Assembly: GCA_965230915.1 (NCBI GenBank)
Contig: OZ246395.1
Span: 472,935 to 536,934, forward strand
Direction: 5' to 3'
Source of the DNA: an uncultured Candidatus Saccharibacteria bacterium
Lineage (GTDB): Bacteria > Patescibacteriota > WWE3 > 2-01-FULL-39-13
DNA: 64,000 nucleotides
Below, piece after piece: positions 20,015 through 29,281 of this stretch. Within the stretch, counting starts at the first letter, position 1. The number at the start of each line of letters is the position of its first letter. Made by a program: the position numbers and the translations under genes. The notes beneath the pieces are model-generated. The model was not told where the DNA came from. It searched no databases and saw nothing but the letters and a program-made list of their open reading frames with translations.

Positions 20015-20752
20015 TTAATTAGTGGAAATATCAGTAGCAGCGATCTTATCCATAAAACCTTTTACGCAAGTGGTCCATGGTGCTTTTTCTGGATCTCCTC
20101 CACCTTTTGCAACTGAAGCTGGAGTATACCAAGTAACGATATCTTCAGGAGCTAAGGTTAAGCCTCTAGATTTTGTTTTAGATGCTATACCTCTAGTTAC
20201 TCTACCAATACAGTGTTCCCATGAATCGCAGTTGTAGCCCTGTTCGGCTAAAGTTGCTTCTTTACTATCGTACATAGCCCAACCCCATGCATTGTATGAT
20301 TCGCCCGAAATTTTTGGAGTAAATTTCCCGCCAGTACTTTCACACATTGCTATTGCTGCGACCAAATTTGGATTCACATCATTAACTTCCCCTTCTCTTA
20401 CAAAGTGGCAGCCCTGTCCGGATAACGGAGCTTTATGTCCTTCAAAAAAGGCATCGATTTTTTCGGCTCTTTCATCTCCAAAGGCACAATTTTCAGTAGA
20501 TGCGGCTAAAACGCTACCTTCAGGTTCACTAACTGCAATATCTACTTCGTCTTGTTGGAAATTCTCTGTTTGGGCATAAGTCTGACGGACCTTACCCGGA
20601 GTCATTACTAACCAATATGCTGAAACAAAAATCAGCATGAAGGAGAGCACATAAAAATATATGAATGGCAGTAAAACCAGTCTAACACTTGGTACGTTGT
20701 TCATTCTGAAAGTCAGTGTAGCAAACGGGTTTTTTAAAGGCAAATGTCGCAA
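20015..20752 (-). CDS. Membrane-anchored lysozyme-like protein (Rpf/SLT-like motif CESTGG…W)
   Basis: N-terminal TM. The motif AIAMCESTGGKF…YNAWGWAMY resembles the catalytic region of Rpf / lytic-transglycosylase (GH23-like) domains; the similarity is weak. Confidence 0.35.
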   Translation of the reverse strand: MRHLPLKNPFATLTFRMNNVPSVRLVLLPFIYFYVLSFMLIFVSAYWLVMTPGKVRQTYAQTENFQQDEVDIAVSEPEGSVLAASTENCAFGDERAEKIDAFFEGHKAPLSGQGCHFVREGEVNDVNPNLVAAIAMCESTGGKFTPKISGESYNAWGWAMYDSKEATLAEQGYNCDSWEHCIGRVTRGIASKTKSRGLTLAPEDIVTWYTPASVAKGGGDPEKAPWTTCVKGFMDKIAATDISTN

Positions 20753-20888
20753 TCTGACTTTTCGGGTGGTTACCGAAGATTTATTTTTCGTTTAAATTGC
20801 GCCAAATTTGGAACAGAAAGATGACGTAATGAAATATGACAAAAAACTACTTTGAGGAAATTTATCTAAAATGTGGAAAATTCTTAAA

Positions 20889-20967
20889 TGGCGCGTCTGA
20901 TAGGATTCGAACCTATGACCTACTGCTTAGAAGGCAATTGCTCTATCCAACTGAGCTACAGACGCAC
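20889..20967 (-). tRNA. tRNA-Arg (anticodon TCT), encoded CCA
   Basis: Reverse complement GTGCGTCTGTAGCTCAGTTGGATAGAGCAATTGCCTTCTAAGCAGT…GGTTCGAATCCTATCAGACGCGCCA. Confidence 0.8.
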
Positions 20968-21008
20968 GATTAGAAAGTACACGTTGATTATTTTACAATA
21001 AAAATCGC

Positions 21009-21094
21009 TTGGTGCCGAGGAGAGGACTTGAACCTCCATACCTTGCGGCACAGCCGTCTGAAGACTGCGTGTCTGCCAGTTTCACCACCTCGGC
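21009..21094 (-). tRNA. tRNA-Leu (anticodon CAG), long variable arm, encoded CCA
   Basis: Reverse complement GCCGAGGTGGTGAAACTGGCAGACACGCAGTCTTCAGACGGCTG…TTCAAGTCCTCTCCTCGGCACCA. Confidence 0.8.
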
Positions 21095-21102
21095 AAATTA
21101 AA

Positions 21103-21186
21103 TGGTGCGGACGAGAGGACTCGAACCTCCAAGCCAAAGGCACTACCACCTCAAGATAGCGCGTATACCAATTCCGCCACGTCCGC
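21103..21186 (-). tRNA. tRNA-Leu (anticodon GAG), long variable arm, encoded CCA
   Basis: Reverse complement GCGGACGTGGCGGAATTGGTATACGCGCTATCTTGAGGTGGTAG…TTCGAGTCCTCTCGTCCGCACCA. Confidence 0.8.
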
Positions 21187-21279
21187 AAGTAAAAACACAA
21201 TGTCCGTGGCGCATCTTCGATGAGGCCACGTTCGCATGAAAATTTAACTGCTAAAGTATAACATTGTATTTATGGCTTT

Positions 21280-21753
21280 TTAATCTAGTAAAGAATATAG
21301 GACCTGGATATGTGAGCTATTATGAAAAGTTTCAATTAATTGATCTTTTGGGATTATTAATCGGTTCTTAACATCTCCATCAGGGTCATTTAGATCACCT
21401 TCCAATAAAGATACTTTAGATTTATATATAAGCATGCAATCTATTCGGCCAGTAATCAAGAAATGATATCTGATCACCGCCAGTGGCGTAGAATGAATGA
21501 CGTTTGCATTAATTTCTTCTTTTACTTCCCTATTTAAAGCTTGTTCAGGTGTTTCCTTTTGCTCTAGCTTTCCTCCCGGTAAAGATGGGTGGTCATTGTT
21601 ATCTATAAAGATGCAAATATTATCTTCATCGACAAAAGCAATGGTTTTTGCACTTTTATATGCCATTGTGATTTTAGGGTCGTATTTGAAAATCTCAATT
21701 TTAGTTTCCTTACCCTCTATTTGGATATTTTCATTGTATATAGGTTTTGCCAT
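21280..21753 (-). CDS. NUDIX hydrolase
   Basis: Nudix box SLPGGKLEQKETPEQALNREVKEEIN. There is a 3-nt spacer to the upstream CYTH gene. Confidence 0.75.
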   Translation of the reverse strand: MAKPIYNENIQIEGKETKIEIFKYDPKITMAYKSAKTIAFVDEDNICIFIDNNDHPSLPGGKLEQKETPEQALNREVKEEINANVIHSTPLAVIRYHFLITGRIDCMLIYKSKVSLLEGDLNDPDGDVKNRLIIPKDQLIETFHNSSHIQVLYSLLD

Positions 21754-21756
21754 GAC

Positions 21757-22344
21757 TTAAAACGGAGGACATTCGAAAGTTGAATACCTTATCTTTTCCT
21801 GCACTTCATCACGAGATAGACCATATTTAGTTGAATAGATTTCCATAACAGATGTAATAATCCTGTCTTCCCAAGAAAGCCCTAGTTTTTCAGCTACCAC
21901 TCTAACTTTCTCTTCTGATGGTGCTTCAACTTCAACATAGGGCTCTAAGCTGGGCCATGTATCTATAACGATTTCCGCATCATCAAGAGTCCAGGTTTCT
22001 CTTAGCTTTTCTTGATAGTCTCCCTTTACTAAACCGGCTTTTTCTAATAGTGCGACAGCGGTTTCAAAATCTGAAACAATAATATTTATTTCTTTTTGAT
22101 CAGCTAAATTGCCCTCAGCTTTTGCATGAGTTTTTGCGCTCATTGTGACTTTATCTCCCTCATCCCTAACGCGAATATAATCACAATCGATATTTGGATT
22201 TAGGTGTTTATTAAAAACTTGCATTCGCATTAGACGTTCTGGCTGCTCTAATGTAGCCCCGATCTCTTGGAGTTTTGTACGAATGACGTTAGGTTCTACG
22301 GGATAAAATTTTGCTTCAAATTCTGTATCAGTATTTGTTTGCAT
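21757..22344 (-). CDS. CYTH-domain protein (CyaB/thiamine-triphosphatase-like triphosphate tunnel metalloenzyme)
   Basis: N-terminal EFEAKF (the ExExK signature of CYTH), plus later acidic/basic tunnel residues (YIRVRDEGDK…, EIVIDTWP). Confidence 0.65.
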   Translation of the reverse strand: MQTNTDTEFEAKFYPVEPNVIRTKLQEIGATLEQPERLMRMQVFNKHLNPNIDCDYIRVRDEGDKVTMSAKTHAKAEGNLADQKEINIIVSDFETAVALLEKAGLVKGDYQEKLRETWTLDDAEIVIDTWPSLEPYVEVEAPSEEKVRVVAEKLGLSWEDRIITSVMEIYSTKYGLSRDEVQEKIRYSTFECPPF

Positions 22345-22348
22345 AAAA

Positions 22349-22425
22349 TGGTGGGCGATGAAGGATTCGAACCTCCGACCCTCTCGATGTAAGCGAGATG
22401 CTCTAGCCAGCTGAGCTAATCGCCC
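22349..22425 (-). tRNA. tRNA-Val (anticodon TAC), encoded CCA
   Basis: Reverse complement GGGCGATTAGCTCAGCTGGCTAGAGCATCTCGCTTACATCGAGAGGGTCGGAGGTTCGAATCCTTCATCGCCCACCA. Confidence 0.8.
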
Positions 22426-22512
22426 GTATTAAGCTTAGAATCAGTCTAATTGCTCAATTTAGGACTGTGGAAATTCTAGCACAATAATATTTGTTGTGGT
22501 ATTAATATTTAC

Positions 22513-23241
22513 ATGACTAATAAGAACCTTCTACTAACAGTATGTGCAGGGCTTTTCGCCTTAGTTTTAATCGCAATTTCACTTAAATATTCAAAACCAA
22601 ACGACATGTATACTAATACAGGTGCTCCAAATACAACACTTAGCGCACCTTCCGGATCAAATACCACAAGTAAACCTAGTTCAATCCCCAGCAAAGTTGA
22701 GAAAGGGGATATTTTAGATTCAGATATGCCACAACTACAAAAACCTGAAATGACTATAGATACGTCAAAAGACTACAAAGCTATAGTTACAACCAACAAA
22801 GGTGTTATGAAAATTGACCTAGCAGAGAAAACTGCTCCAAATACGGTCAATAATTTTGTTTATTTAGCTAACAATCAATTCTATAGCAATGTGATTTTTC
22901 ACAGAATTATAAAAGGATTCATGATTCAAACTGGTGATCCAACGGGAACCGGTTCTGGTGGTCCTGGTTATAAATTTGATGACGAACCATTCGAAGGCGA
23001 ATATGTTCGCGGAACCGTTGCTATGGCAAACGCTGGTCCAAATACGAATGGTAGCCAATTTTTCATAATGGATGGAAACACTCCACTTCCAAAAAATTAT
23101 GTAATATTTGGAAAAGTTGAAGAAGGTTTAGAAACAGTTGATGCAATCGCAAATACTCCTGTTACTTATTCAGCTATGGGAGAAAACTCTCAACCAACAG
23201 AAAAGGTTTATATAGAGAGTGTTGAAATTGTGACCGAGTAA
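22513..23241 (+). CDS. Peptidyl-prolyl cis-trans isomerase, cyclophilin type, membrane-anchored with a low-complexity linker
   Basis: FHRIIKGFMIQTGDP…GTVAMANAGPNTNGSQFFI is the cyclophilin core; N-terminal TM and S/T/P-rich linker. Confidence 0.9.
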   Translation: MTNKNLLLTVCAGLFALVLIAISLKYSKPNDMYTNTGAPNTTLSAPSGSNTTSKPSSIPSKVEKGDILDSDMPQLQKPEMTIDTSKDYKAIVTTNKGVMKIDLAEKTAPNTVNNFVYLANNQFYSNVIFHRIIKGFMIQTGDPTGTGSGGPGYKFDDEPFEGEYVRGTVAMANAGPNTNGSQFFIMDGNTPLPKNYVIFGKVEEGLETVDAIANTPVTYSAMGENSQPTEKVYIESVEIVTE

Positions 23242-23251
23242 AGGATTCGCG

Positions 23252-23290
23252 AAAGAGTAAATTTCAAAAAATAGCTTCACTCTTTTCTCT
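23252..23290 (+). terminator. Putative rho-independent terminator after the PPIase gene
   Basis: AAAGAGT…ACTCTTT stem followed by a T-rich run; the loop is long. Confidence 0.35.
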
Positions 23291-23352
23291 ATAAATGCTG
23301 GTAGAGGCGTTCAGGTATTTTCTTAATTTACCTTCCGCTTCGCTGGCATTTT

Positions 23353-23964
23353 TTATTTATATTGGGAGTATAGTTCACCGACTTTTCGCCAGTTAACAAT
23401 GTTCCACCAGTTTTGAATGTATTCTGGCCTGCGATTTTGGTAATTTAAATAGTAAGCGTGTTCCCAAACATCTAATCCTAAAATTGCATTTTTGCCTTCC
23501 ATAATTGGGTTGTCCTGATTTGCAGTTGATATAATATCTACAACTCCGCCTTCTAAAACGATAAGCCATGCCCAGCCGCTACCAAAGCGGTTAGCTGCGG
23601 CTTCGTTAAATTTTTCTTTAAAGTTATCGAATGATTGAAATGCAGAATTAATTGCTTTCATTAATTCTCCTGATGGTTCACGGTTTGAATTTGGATCCAT
23701 AGCTTCCCAAAATAAATTGTGATTCTTGTAACCCCCACCATTATTACGAATTGCGGTTCTTACATCTATTGGTAATGCTTCGATATCACTTAATAGTTCT
23801 TCTAAAGATTTATCAGCTATTTCAGGATATTTATCTAAAGCAGCATTTAATTTATCAGTATAGGCTTGGTGATGTTTTGTGTGGTGAATTTCCATCGTTT
23901 TTGAATCGATGTAAGGTTCGAGTGCGTCGTATGCGTAAGGAAGTTTCGGTAATTCGTATTTCAT
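23353..23964 (-). CDS. sodA: Superoxide dismutase (Fe/Mn family)
   Basis: [27 protein letters not shown]… and the C-terminal DVWEHAYY motif. Confidence 0.95.
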   Translation of the reverse strand: MKYELPKLPYAYDALEPYIDSKTMEIHHTKHHQAYTDKLNAALDKYPEIADKSLEELLSDIEALPIDVRTAIRNNGGGYKNHNLFWEAMDPNSNREPSGELMKAINSAFQSFDNFKEKFNEAAANRFGSGWAWLIVLEGGVVDIISTANQDNPIMEGKNAILGLDVWEHAYYLNYQNRRPEYIQNWWNIVNWRKVGELYSQYK

Positions 23965-24001
23965 AAGTAACTTTTAGCACTTATTGTAAATACGGGCAAG
24001 T

Positions 24002-24439
24002 TTAGCCCTCTACAATCTTTTTTATGTGCTGTAAAACATTGCTCCAATTTTTTCTTGAATGCTCTAATGCGTCTTTATCAATGAAACCAACTTGCCTAAG
24101 TTTTAGTTCAGTTGTACCCAGCCACTCGGAAAGGCTAAAAGTGATTTCACTGTAGTTTTCAGGTTTGTCTTCGAGTCCTGTGAACCCTGACCAATATGTA
24201 TATTGAAAAACTTTTTCTTCTTGTAATTTTGTAATCACGCCCTTATCTTCGTATTGGTGTCCTTGCCATTCGCCTTTAAAAATTAACGTGCTGCCCTCTT
24301 CCCAATCAGAAATTGCATTTGTACCAAATAAGTATTGCCTAATGATATCGGGATTTATAAGAGCATCCCAAACTTTTGGAGCAGGTGCTTTTATTTTTAT
24401 TGAACTTTCTAAAATAAGGGATCGATCCATATTACTCAA
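24002..24439 (-). CDS. SRPBCC superfamily protein (AHSA1/Bet v1-like)
   Basis: Length and pattern (…VWDALINPDIIRQYLFGT…WEEGSTLIFKGEW…) are typical of Activator-of-Hsp90-ATPase-homologue/polyketide-cyclase-like START folds. Confidence 0.55.
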   Translation of the reverse strand: MSNMDRSLILESSIKIKAPAPKVWDALINPDIIRQYLFGTNAISDWEEGSTLIFKGEWQGHQYEDKGVITKLQEEKVFQYTYWSGFTGLEDKPENYSEITFSLSEWLGTTELKLRQVGFIDKDALEHSRKNWSNVLQHIKKIVEG

Positions 24440-24544
24440 AGAGTACTACTTATATATATGTTTGTCTAAATTTTTAAATGGAAAATTCTTTGCCGTTTGG
24501 GATAGTTTTAAGCTTGCGGCTTATTGCTACCCAAACGGCAGTGG

Positions 24545-24997
24545 TTATTCACGCGCACCTAACAACGGCATGAATAATTTTACGGTTTCTGTAATGATCG
24601 GCTCCTGTTTAATCGGGAATAAAACTGTCACATTCTTATTAGTGTTTGTGACTACTATTTCCCTACAAAGGGAGTCGAACCCAGTGATGGTCCAGTTTTC
24701 TGAACCATTAGGACTGATGCATACTTGATATGTTCCGAGTGGAACTTTCACTTTTGCATGTCCATCTTCGTAGACCGTAGCTCCGAGAAATACTGCCTCT
24801 GGGTCGCTAAGCGACGTAAGGTCCATTTGCCCGGGAAGGTAATCTTCCTCGCTGTCTTTTGTCCCATTCGAGTTGTCGTCGCTAAACAAGACGACCTCTA
24901 TTTGGCCGTGTTTTTTGCTTTCATTTGCAAAAACTGGCCTGGGAACCAATGCCATTAATAGAGCGATTATAAGCCCTATAATTATTAAGTTTTTCAC
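24545..24997 (-). CDS. Secreted single Cna-B/SpaA-like (prealbumin-fold) domain protein
   Basis: Signal peptide; the motif GTYQVCISPNGSENWTI resembles the xTYxLxExxAPxGY core of Cna B-type domains. Confidence 0.45.
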   Translation of the reverse strand: MKNLIIIGLIIALLMALVPRPVFANESKKHGQIEVVLFSDDNSNGTKDSEEDYLPGQMDLTSLSDPEAVFLGATVYEDGHAKVKVPLGTYQVCISPNGSENWTITGFDSLCREIVVTNTNKNVTVLFPIKQEPIITETVKLFMPLLGARE

Positions 24998-25066
24998 AAT
25001 TTGCCCCTTTCTTGGCGTCTGATTACTATAGGCTTCTTAGTAATATAATCCCATAATTAATGTTCC

Positions 25067-26947
25067 TTGTCAAACATAAAACCGCTTGATAAAAGGCTTT
25101 TTTTCACTAATAATATGTACATGCCCAAAAGAAAAATAAGGAAAAAAAGTCAGAAATTTAACCTGACTTTGCCTTTAACTGTTTTTGTCCTCGTACTTAT
25201 ATATTCCATTTATTTCTTTTACTACAGAAAAGACATATCTCCCACCCACGATCAAAAGGCAGTTCTGGCTGCTAAGAGTAGTGCAGTTGATGGAGACGAA
25301 ACTTTTGTAGCAGGCGAGGTAATCGTAAAACTAAAACAACCAATAAATGAATTTTCAAAAAAAACAGTTACCGGTCCTGACTCTAAAGCTGCGGTTATGG
25401 AATATGCTGGGCTAGATAAGACTAAATTACCTAAAAGTATTAATGATCTAAGCAAAAAGCATCACCTAAAAAGAGTTGAAAAAGTATTTCCACAAGCACA
25501 GTCACCAGAGGCGGAAATACAAAAAATGAAAAAGCAATTAAACGAAAGTTCAAATGCCAGAAGCAGCTCTTTTAAAGAGGATGATGTAAAAAAGAATGAC
25601 TTGTCGCGAATTTACAAATTCAAAATAGATGATAACGCTATTATAAAGGATGTTATTAATGAATTAAAAAAAGACCCAAATGTAGAATACGCAGAACCAA
25701 ATTATTTGGTTAGTCCGACTCTTATTCCCAATGATCCATATTTTTCAACTACAACTACTGCAATAAATCAGTGGTATCTAAATAATCCTGGTAATCGTAC
25801 TGGATATGTTAAGGGTGCAGATATTAAAGCCCTTGATTCATGGAATATATCCAGAGGATCAACAAGTATTGTGGTAGCAGTGTTGGATTCTGGTATTTAT
25901 TATAAACATCCAGATTTAGGCGCAGGTATCGGACCAGGTTATAAAGTAATCGGAGGATATGATTTTGTTAATAATGATGCAGATCCGATAGATGATAACG
26001 GTCACGGCACTCATATTGCAGGTATTATCGCGGCAAATATAAATAATTCAAAAGGTATTGCAGGTGTTTGTCCTAATTGTAAATTAATGAGTATTAAAGT
26101 TTTAGATAAATATGGTTATGGATCTATATCTAGAGGTGCGAACGGCATTTATTATGCTAAAGACCACGGGGCTAAAGTGATAAATATAAGCTGGGGTAAT
26201 CAAGTTTATTCTGAAACATTATTTGCAGCTATAAATGCAGCACAGCAAAGCGGTGTGATAGTTGTTGCTGCTGCCGGTAACAATGGTTCAAGCACAAAGT
26301 TTTACCCTGCAGCTTATACAAATGTAGTTGGAGTTGCCTCAACTGATCCTAATGATAAAAAGCGTGGAAGCAGTAACTTTGATGATGGTTCTAAGTGGGT
26401 AAATATATCTGCCCCAGGAACTGATATTTTATCTACGTCACTATCTGGTACTGGTGGACTATGTAAAAGCGGCAATACTAGCCAATACGCATACTGTAGC
26501 GGTACATCAATGGCCGCGCCAATTGTTGCCGGGGCTTTGGCTCTATATGAAAGTCTTTATCCTGTTTCTACTTCTGCTCAGGTAGTAGCATTAAGAACTC
26601 GTATCGGATCTGCTACCTACGCAGACAACATTAATGCTGTTAATCCTTCGTATGTTAATAAACTTGGAGCAGGTAGGCTTAACATGTGGAAATTTCTAAC
26701 TACTGGCACAACTTGGTGCGCAGATTCAGAATGGGGAATTAATCCTAGTACTCTGGGATATGTAACACCTTCAACAAGCCGTGCTGCCAAGTATTATGAT
26801 TCCTGCGATAACATATCGGCACCAATAGGTTTTAGTGGGGTTGGAGAGGTTTATTGCACGCATCCAACTTCCTCTAAAATAGCCTTAACAGCCCGTGAAT
26901 GTGATAGAGGCCAAGCGTGTGTTAATGGCGCATGTATTTATAGGTAA
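25067..26947 (+). CDS. Subtilisin-like serine protease (S8 family), membrane-anchored, with a Cys-rich C-terminal domain
   Basis: Catalytic triad contexts VAVLDSGIYYKHPDL (Asp), HGTHIAGIIAA (His) and GTSMAAPIVAG (Ser); N-terminal TM; an inhibitor-I9-like propeptide region; C-terminal ~90 aa with 8 Cys. Confidence 0.9.
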   Translation: MSNIKPLDKRLFFTNNMYMPKRKIRKKSQKFNLTLPLTVFVLVLIYSIYFFYYRKDISPTHDQKAVLAAKSSAVDGDETFVAGEVIVKLKQPINEFSKKTVTGPDSKAAVMEYAGLDKTKLPKSINDLSKKHHLKRVEKVFPQAQSPEAEIQKMKKQLNESSNARSSSFKEDDVKKNDLSRIYKFKIDDNAIIKDVINELKKDPNVEYAEPNYLVSPTLIPNDPYFSTTTTAINQWYLNNPGNRTGYVKGADIKALDSWNISRGSTSIVVAVLDSGIYYKHPDLGAGIGPGYKVIGGYDFVNNDADPIDDNGHGTHIAGIIAANINNSKGIAGVCPNCKLMSIKVLDKYGYGSISRGANGIYYAKDHGAKVINISWGNQVYSETLFAAINAAQQSGVIVVAAAGNNGSSTKFYPAAYTNVVGVASTDPNDKKRGSSNFDDGSKWVNISAPGTDILSTSLSGTGGLCKSGNTSQYAYCSGTSMAAPIVAGALALYESLYPVSTSAQVVALRTRIGSATYADNINAVNPSYVNKLGAGRLNMWKFLTTGTTWCADSEWGINPSTLGYVTPSTSRAAKYYDSCDNISAPIGFSGVGEVYCTHPTSSKIALTARECDRGQACVNGACIYR

Positions 26948-26967
26948 TTATTGATTGGATTTGTGTA

Positions 26968-27029
26968 GATTGCCGGAAAGCTAAGTTTTTGCGATTTTGA
27001 GTTTCGCTTACTTTTGCTTTCCGGCAATC
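26968..27029. terminator. Perfect 13-bp inverted repeat (ATTGCCGGAAAGC…GCTTTCCGGCAAT) between convergent genes; probable bidirectional terminator
   Basis: Seen directly; it lies between the subtilisin stop (26947) and the stop of the minus-strand GC-rich gene (27052). Confidence 0.5.
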
Positions 27030-27051
27030 ATCTAAAAACTAGAACTTGTTG

Positions 27052-28437
27052 CTACCTGCGAAGAGAAGGAAGATATACTTCTTGATCGTTTTGATCAGGC
27101 TGTTCATCTTCAGGCAGATTGGTCGGAATCTCCTTTGTGTTTGTGAACACTAAAAGACCCGTCTCGCCTTCTTTGATTTCGACAATTTGGCAAACCGCGC
27201 TGGTGGGCTTCCATCCAGGTGGGATAGTCTCGCATACGCTATAACTGCCTTCTGGCAGTCTTTTGATGTGCAAGTAGCCGTCGTCTGCCGTAACCCCGGT
27301 CGTCACAACCTGGGTGCTACCAGAAATATACACAGTCATCGTTATGCCGCTTTGCCCAACCTCGTTGCCATCTTTCGCGCCATTGGCGTTGAGATCATTG
27401 ATCTTAAGAAGATCCATATCCCCGCGCCTTTTGCGGTTCAAGAAAGTGACTGTCTCCGGCGGTTTTGGGGTTATAGTTACCGAGTAGCACTGTTGAGTAG
27501 TCGTCACCCAGCCAGGTTGCATATCCTCACAAAGTTGATGCGTTCCATATGGCAAGGTGAACTCGGTACAACCATTCTCGTCTGTGACCTTGGTGACGTC
27601 ATCATCTTTGGATGTGGTGTTCTTGGTCCATCTGATTGTCCAGCCTGAGAGGCGTTGTTCATCGCTGTCCGGTTCCTTGTTTTCATTAAGGTCCCAGACT
27701 TTGCAGGCAGGGCTAGGCCCTTCGTTGGGGTTTTGCGTATTGGTGATCCTACAGGTTTTGCTTTCCCCAGCTTTCACCGTTACGCTACCGTTCGAATCGC
27801 AATCTCCCGACCATGCGGAACCCGTGTAGTTGACTACGGGGTTTTCGCTTGCGGTGTAGGTGCCAGGGTCGACGTCCAGGTAGGTGTTGTTGGAAACTTT
27901 AACTCCGTTGATGAACAGTTCGACTTGATCAGCGGTTAAATTACCGCCGTATCCGTTGACCACTGTCTTGACGATGCGAATGTGGCCTTTTTGTGGAACA
28001 CATGGCTTTGGCAAGTCAAGTGTGACGGTTTGAGACTGCCCGCCATCTACACCATCGTCCCAATCGGCAATTGCCGTAGCACGGTATCGCGCGCTCGTAG
28101 TCGAACCAGGAAGAATCTCGTTGATTGTGAACGACCCACTCTGTTGTGTGAAGGCGCCATGATAAAAATAGTCGCCGTAACCAACATTGTTGATGTTCTT
28201 CTTGACGCCTATATCGCTATTTGAACCGCCAAATTGCTTTGGCTTCCACGATGTGAATGTGGCAGTGACTTTGTAAGTGCCATTTGTCTGGCACTCAGCT
28301 GTGCCGTCACCTCCAAGATTGTGGGCAAAAGCAGAAGGTGCAAAAAATATCATTAGGAAAACTGCCGAGACTGTGGCAATAGCAAGTTTGCTACGCCCAA
28401 GGAACAAGGCGAGGAAAATCTTAAATCTTGTCGACAC
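27052..28437 (-). CDS. Secreted multi-domain Cna-B / SpaA-like (SdrD B-like) repeat surface protein; strongly GC-rich gene
   Basis: Signal peptide. There are at least three repeats carrying the xTYxVxExxPxGW/Y core (GTHQLCEDMQPGWVTT; GSYSVCETIPPGWKPT; GTYTASENP…), each with paired Cys. GC content is clearly above the flanks. Confidence 0.6.
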   Translation of the reverse strand: MSTRFKIFLALFLGRSKLAIATVSAVFLMIFFAPSAFAHNLGGDGTAECQTNGTYKVTATFTSWKPKQFGGSNSDIGVKKNINNVGYGDYFYHGAFTQQSGSFTINEILPGSTTSARYRATAIADWDDGVDGGQSQTVTLDLPKPCVPQKGHIRIVKTVVNGYGGNLTADQVELFINGVKVSNNTYLDVDPGTYTASENPVVNYTGSAWSGDCDSNGSVTVKAGESKTCRITNTQNPNEGPSPACKVWDLNENKEPDSDEQRLSGWTIRWTKNTTSKDDDVTKVTDENGCTEFTLPYGTHQLCEDMQPGWVTTTQQCYSVTITPKPPETVTFLNRKRRGDMDLLKINDLNANGAKDGNEVGQSGITMTVYISGSTQVVTTGVTADDGYLHIKRLPEGSYSVCETIPPGWKPTSAVCQIVEIKEGETGLLVFTNTKEIPTNLPEDEQPDQNDQEVYLPSLRR

Positions 28438-28769
28438 AAGTGGCCTCCATTGCGAATGACAAACACGAGGGACTCAAGGTACATCCGAAGAGAAGTTATA
28501 TTAGTGTGACCCTTTCTTTGTTTATGAATTAATCTTTATATGACCGGCACGAATCAGCATATATCTAATCCCTGTCGGTCATACAAATCTCATTTCAAAT
28601 TCTAGTTTTTAATTTTAAAAGAACAAAATATCTACCCGCTATGGGTTTTATCTGTCGATATCTTCCGATATATTCATATTAATGTCAATTTATTTTTTAT
28701 GTTTTCTCTGAAGTGTTAAGGCTTAATTTTTGCCCTACTATCGAGTATTAAATGGGTTATTTCTTTAAA

Positions 28770-28844
28770 TGGAGCGGGTAACGGGAATCGGACCCGTATC
28801 TCTTCCTTGGCAAGGAAGTATAATAGCCACTATACGATACCCGC
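28770..28844 (-). tRNA. tRNA-Gly (anticodon GCC), encoded CCA
   Basis: Reverse complement GCGGGTATCGTATAGTGGCTATTATACTTCCTTGCCAAGGAAGAGATACGGGTCCGATTCCCGTTACCCGCTCCA. Confidence 0.8.
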
Positions 28845-28914
28845 TTGAGTATCTAACCGGAATTTAGCGGACAAGCGATATTATAACAGTCTAAAGCCTT
28901 CTATTTAAAGGTTT

Positions 28915-29274
28915 TTATTTCTTCTTTTCTAGGTTCTGTTTTACCCTAAATTTGGTTATTTGCTTTATCAAAGTAGTTGGAATATTTTTATCTAGAGGGA
29001 ATTTTATCGTACCTTTGGTAGTCTCGAATTTTTTTAATTTGTCACTGAATAATTCAACAGCTTCTGAGCCGGGAAAGAAGCTAATATGATCTTTGAATCC
29101 TCCAAAATGCACTAAATTACCATTTAATGAAAAAGTTGGAATTCCATAGCTAATCTTTTCTGAAGCTTCCTGCGGCGCAACATCTTTTATTATTGATCTA
29201 ATTTCTGATAGTTTTGTTTGAATGTCTTTTGGGAAGCTTTTTATATATTCGTCGACAGTTTTAAAAGATTTCAT
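28915..29274 (-). CDS. DUF1801 (YdhG-like) domain protein
   Basis: Size and motif (…ISYGIPTFSLNGNLVHFGGFKDHISFFPG…) are typical of the DUF1801 family. Confidence 0.5.
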   Translation of the reverse strand: MKSFKTVDEYIKSFPKDIQTKLSEIRSIIKDVAPQEASEKISYGIPTFSLNGNLVHFGGFKDHISFFPGSEAVELFSDKLKKFETTKGTIKFPLDKNIPTTLIKQITKFRVKQNLEKKK

Positions 29275-29281
29275 TTTTAAG

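Noticed and set aside
20988-21200. 70-aa ORF on the minus strand
   Set aside because: It lies entirely within two tRNA-Leu genes, and its translation is Arg/Trp-rich nonsense typical of translated tRNA sequence.
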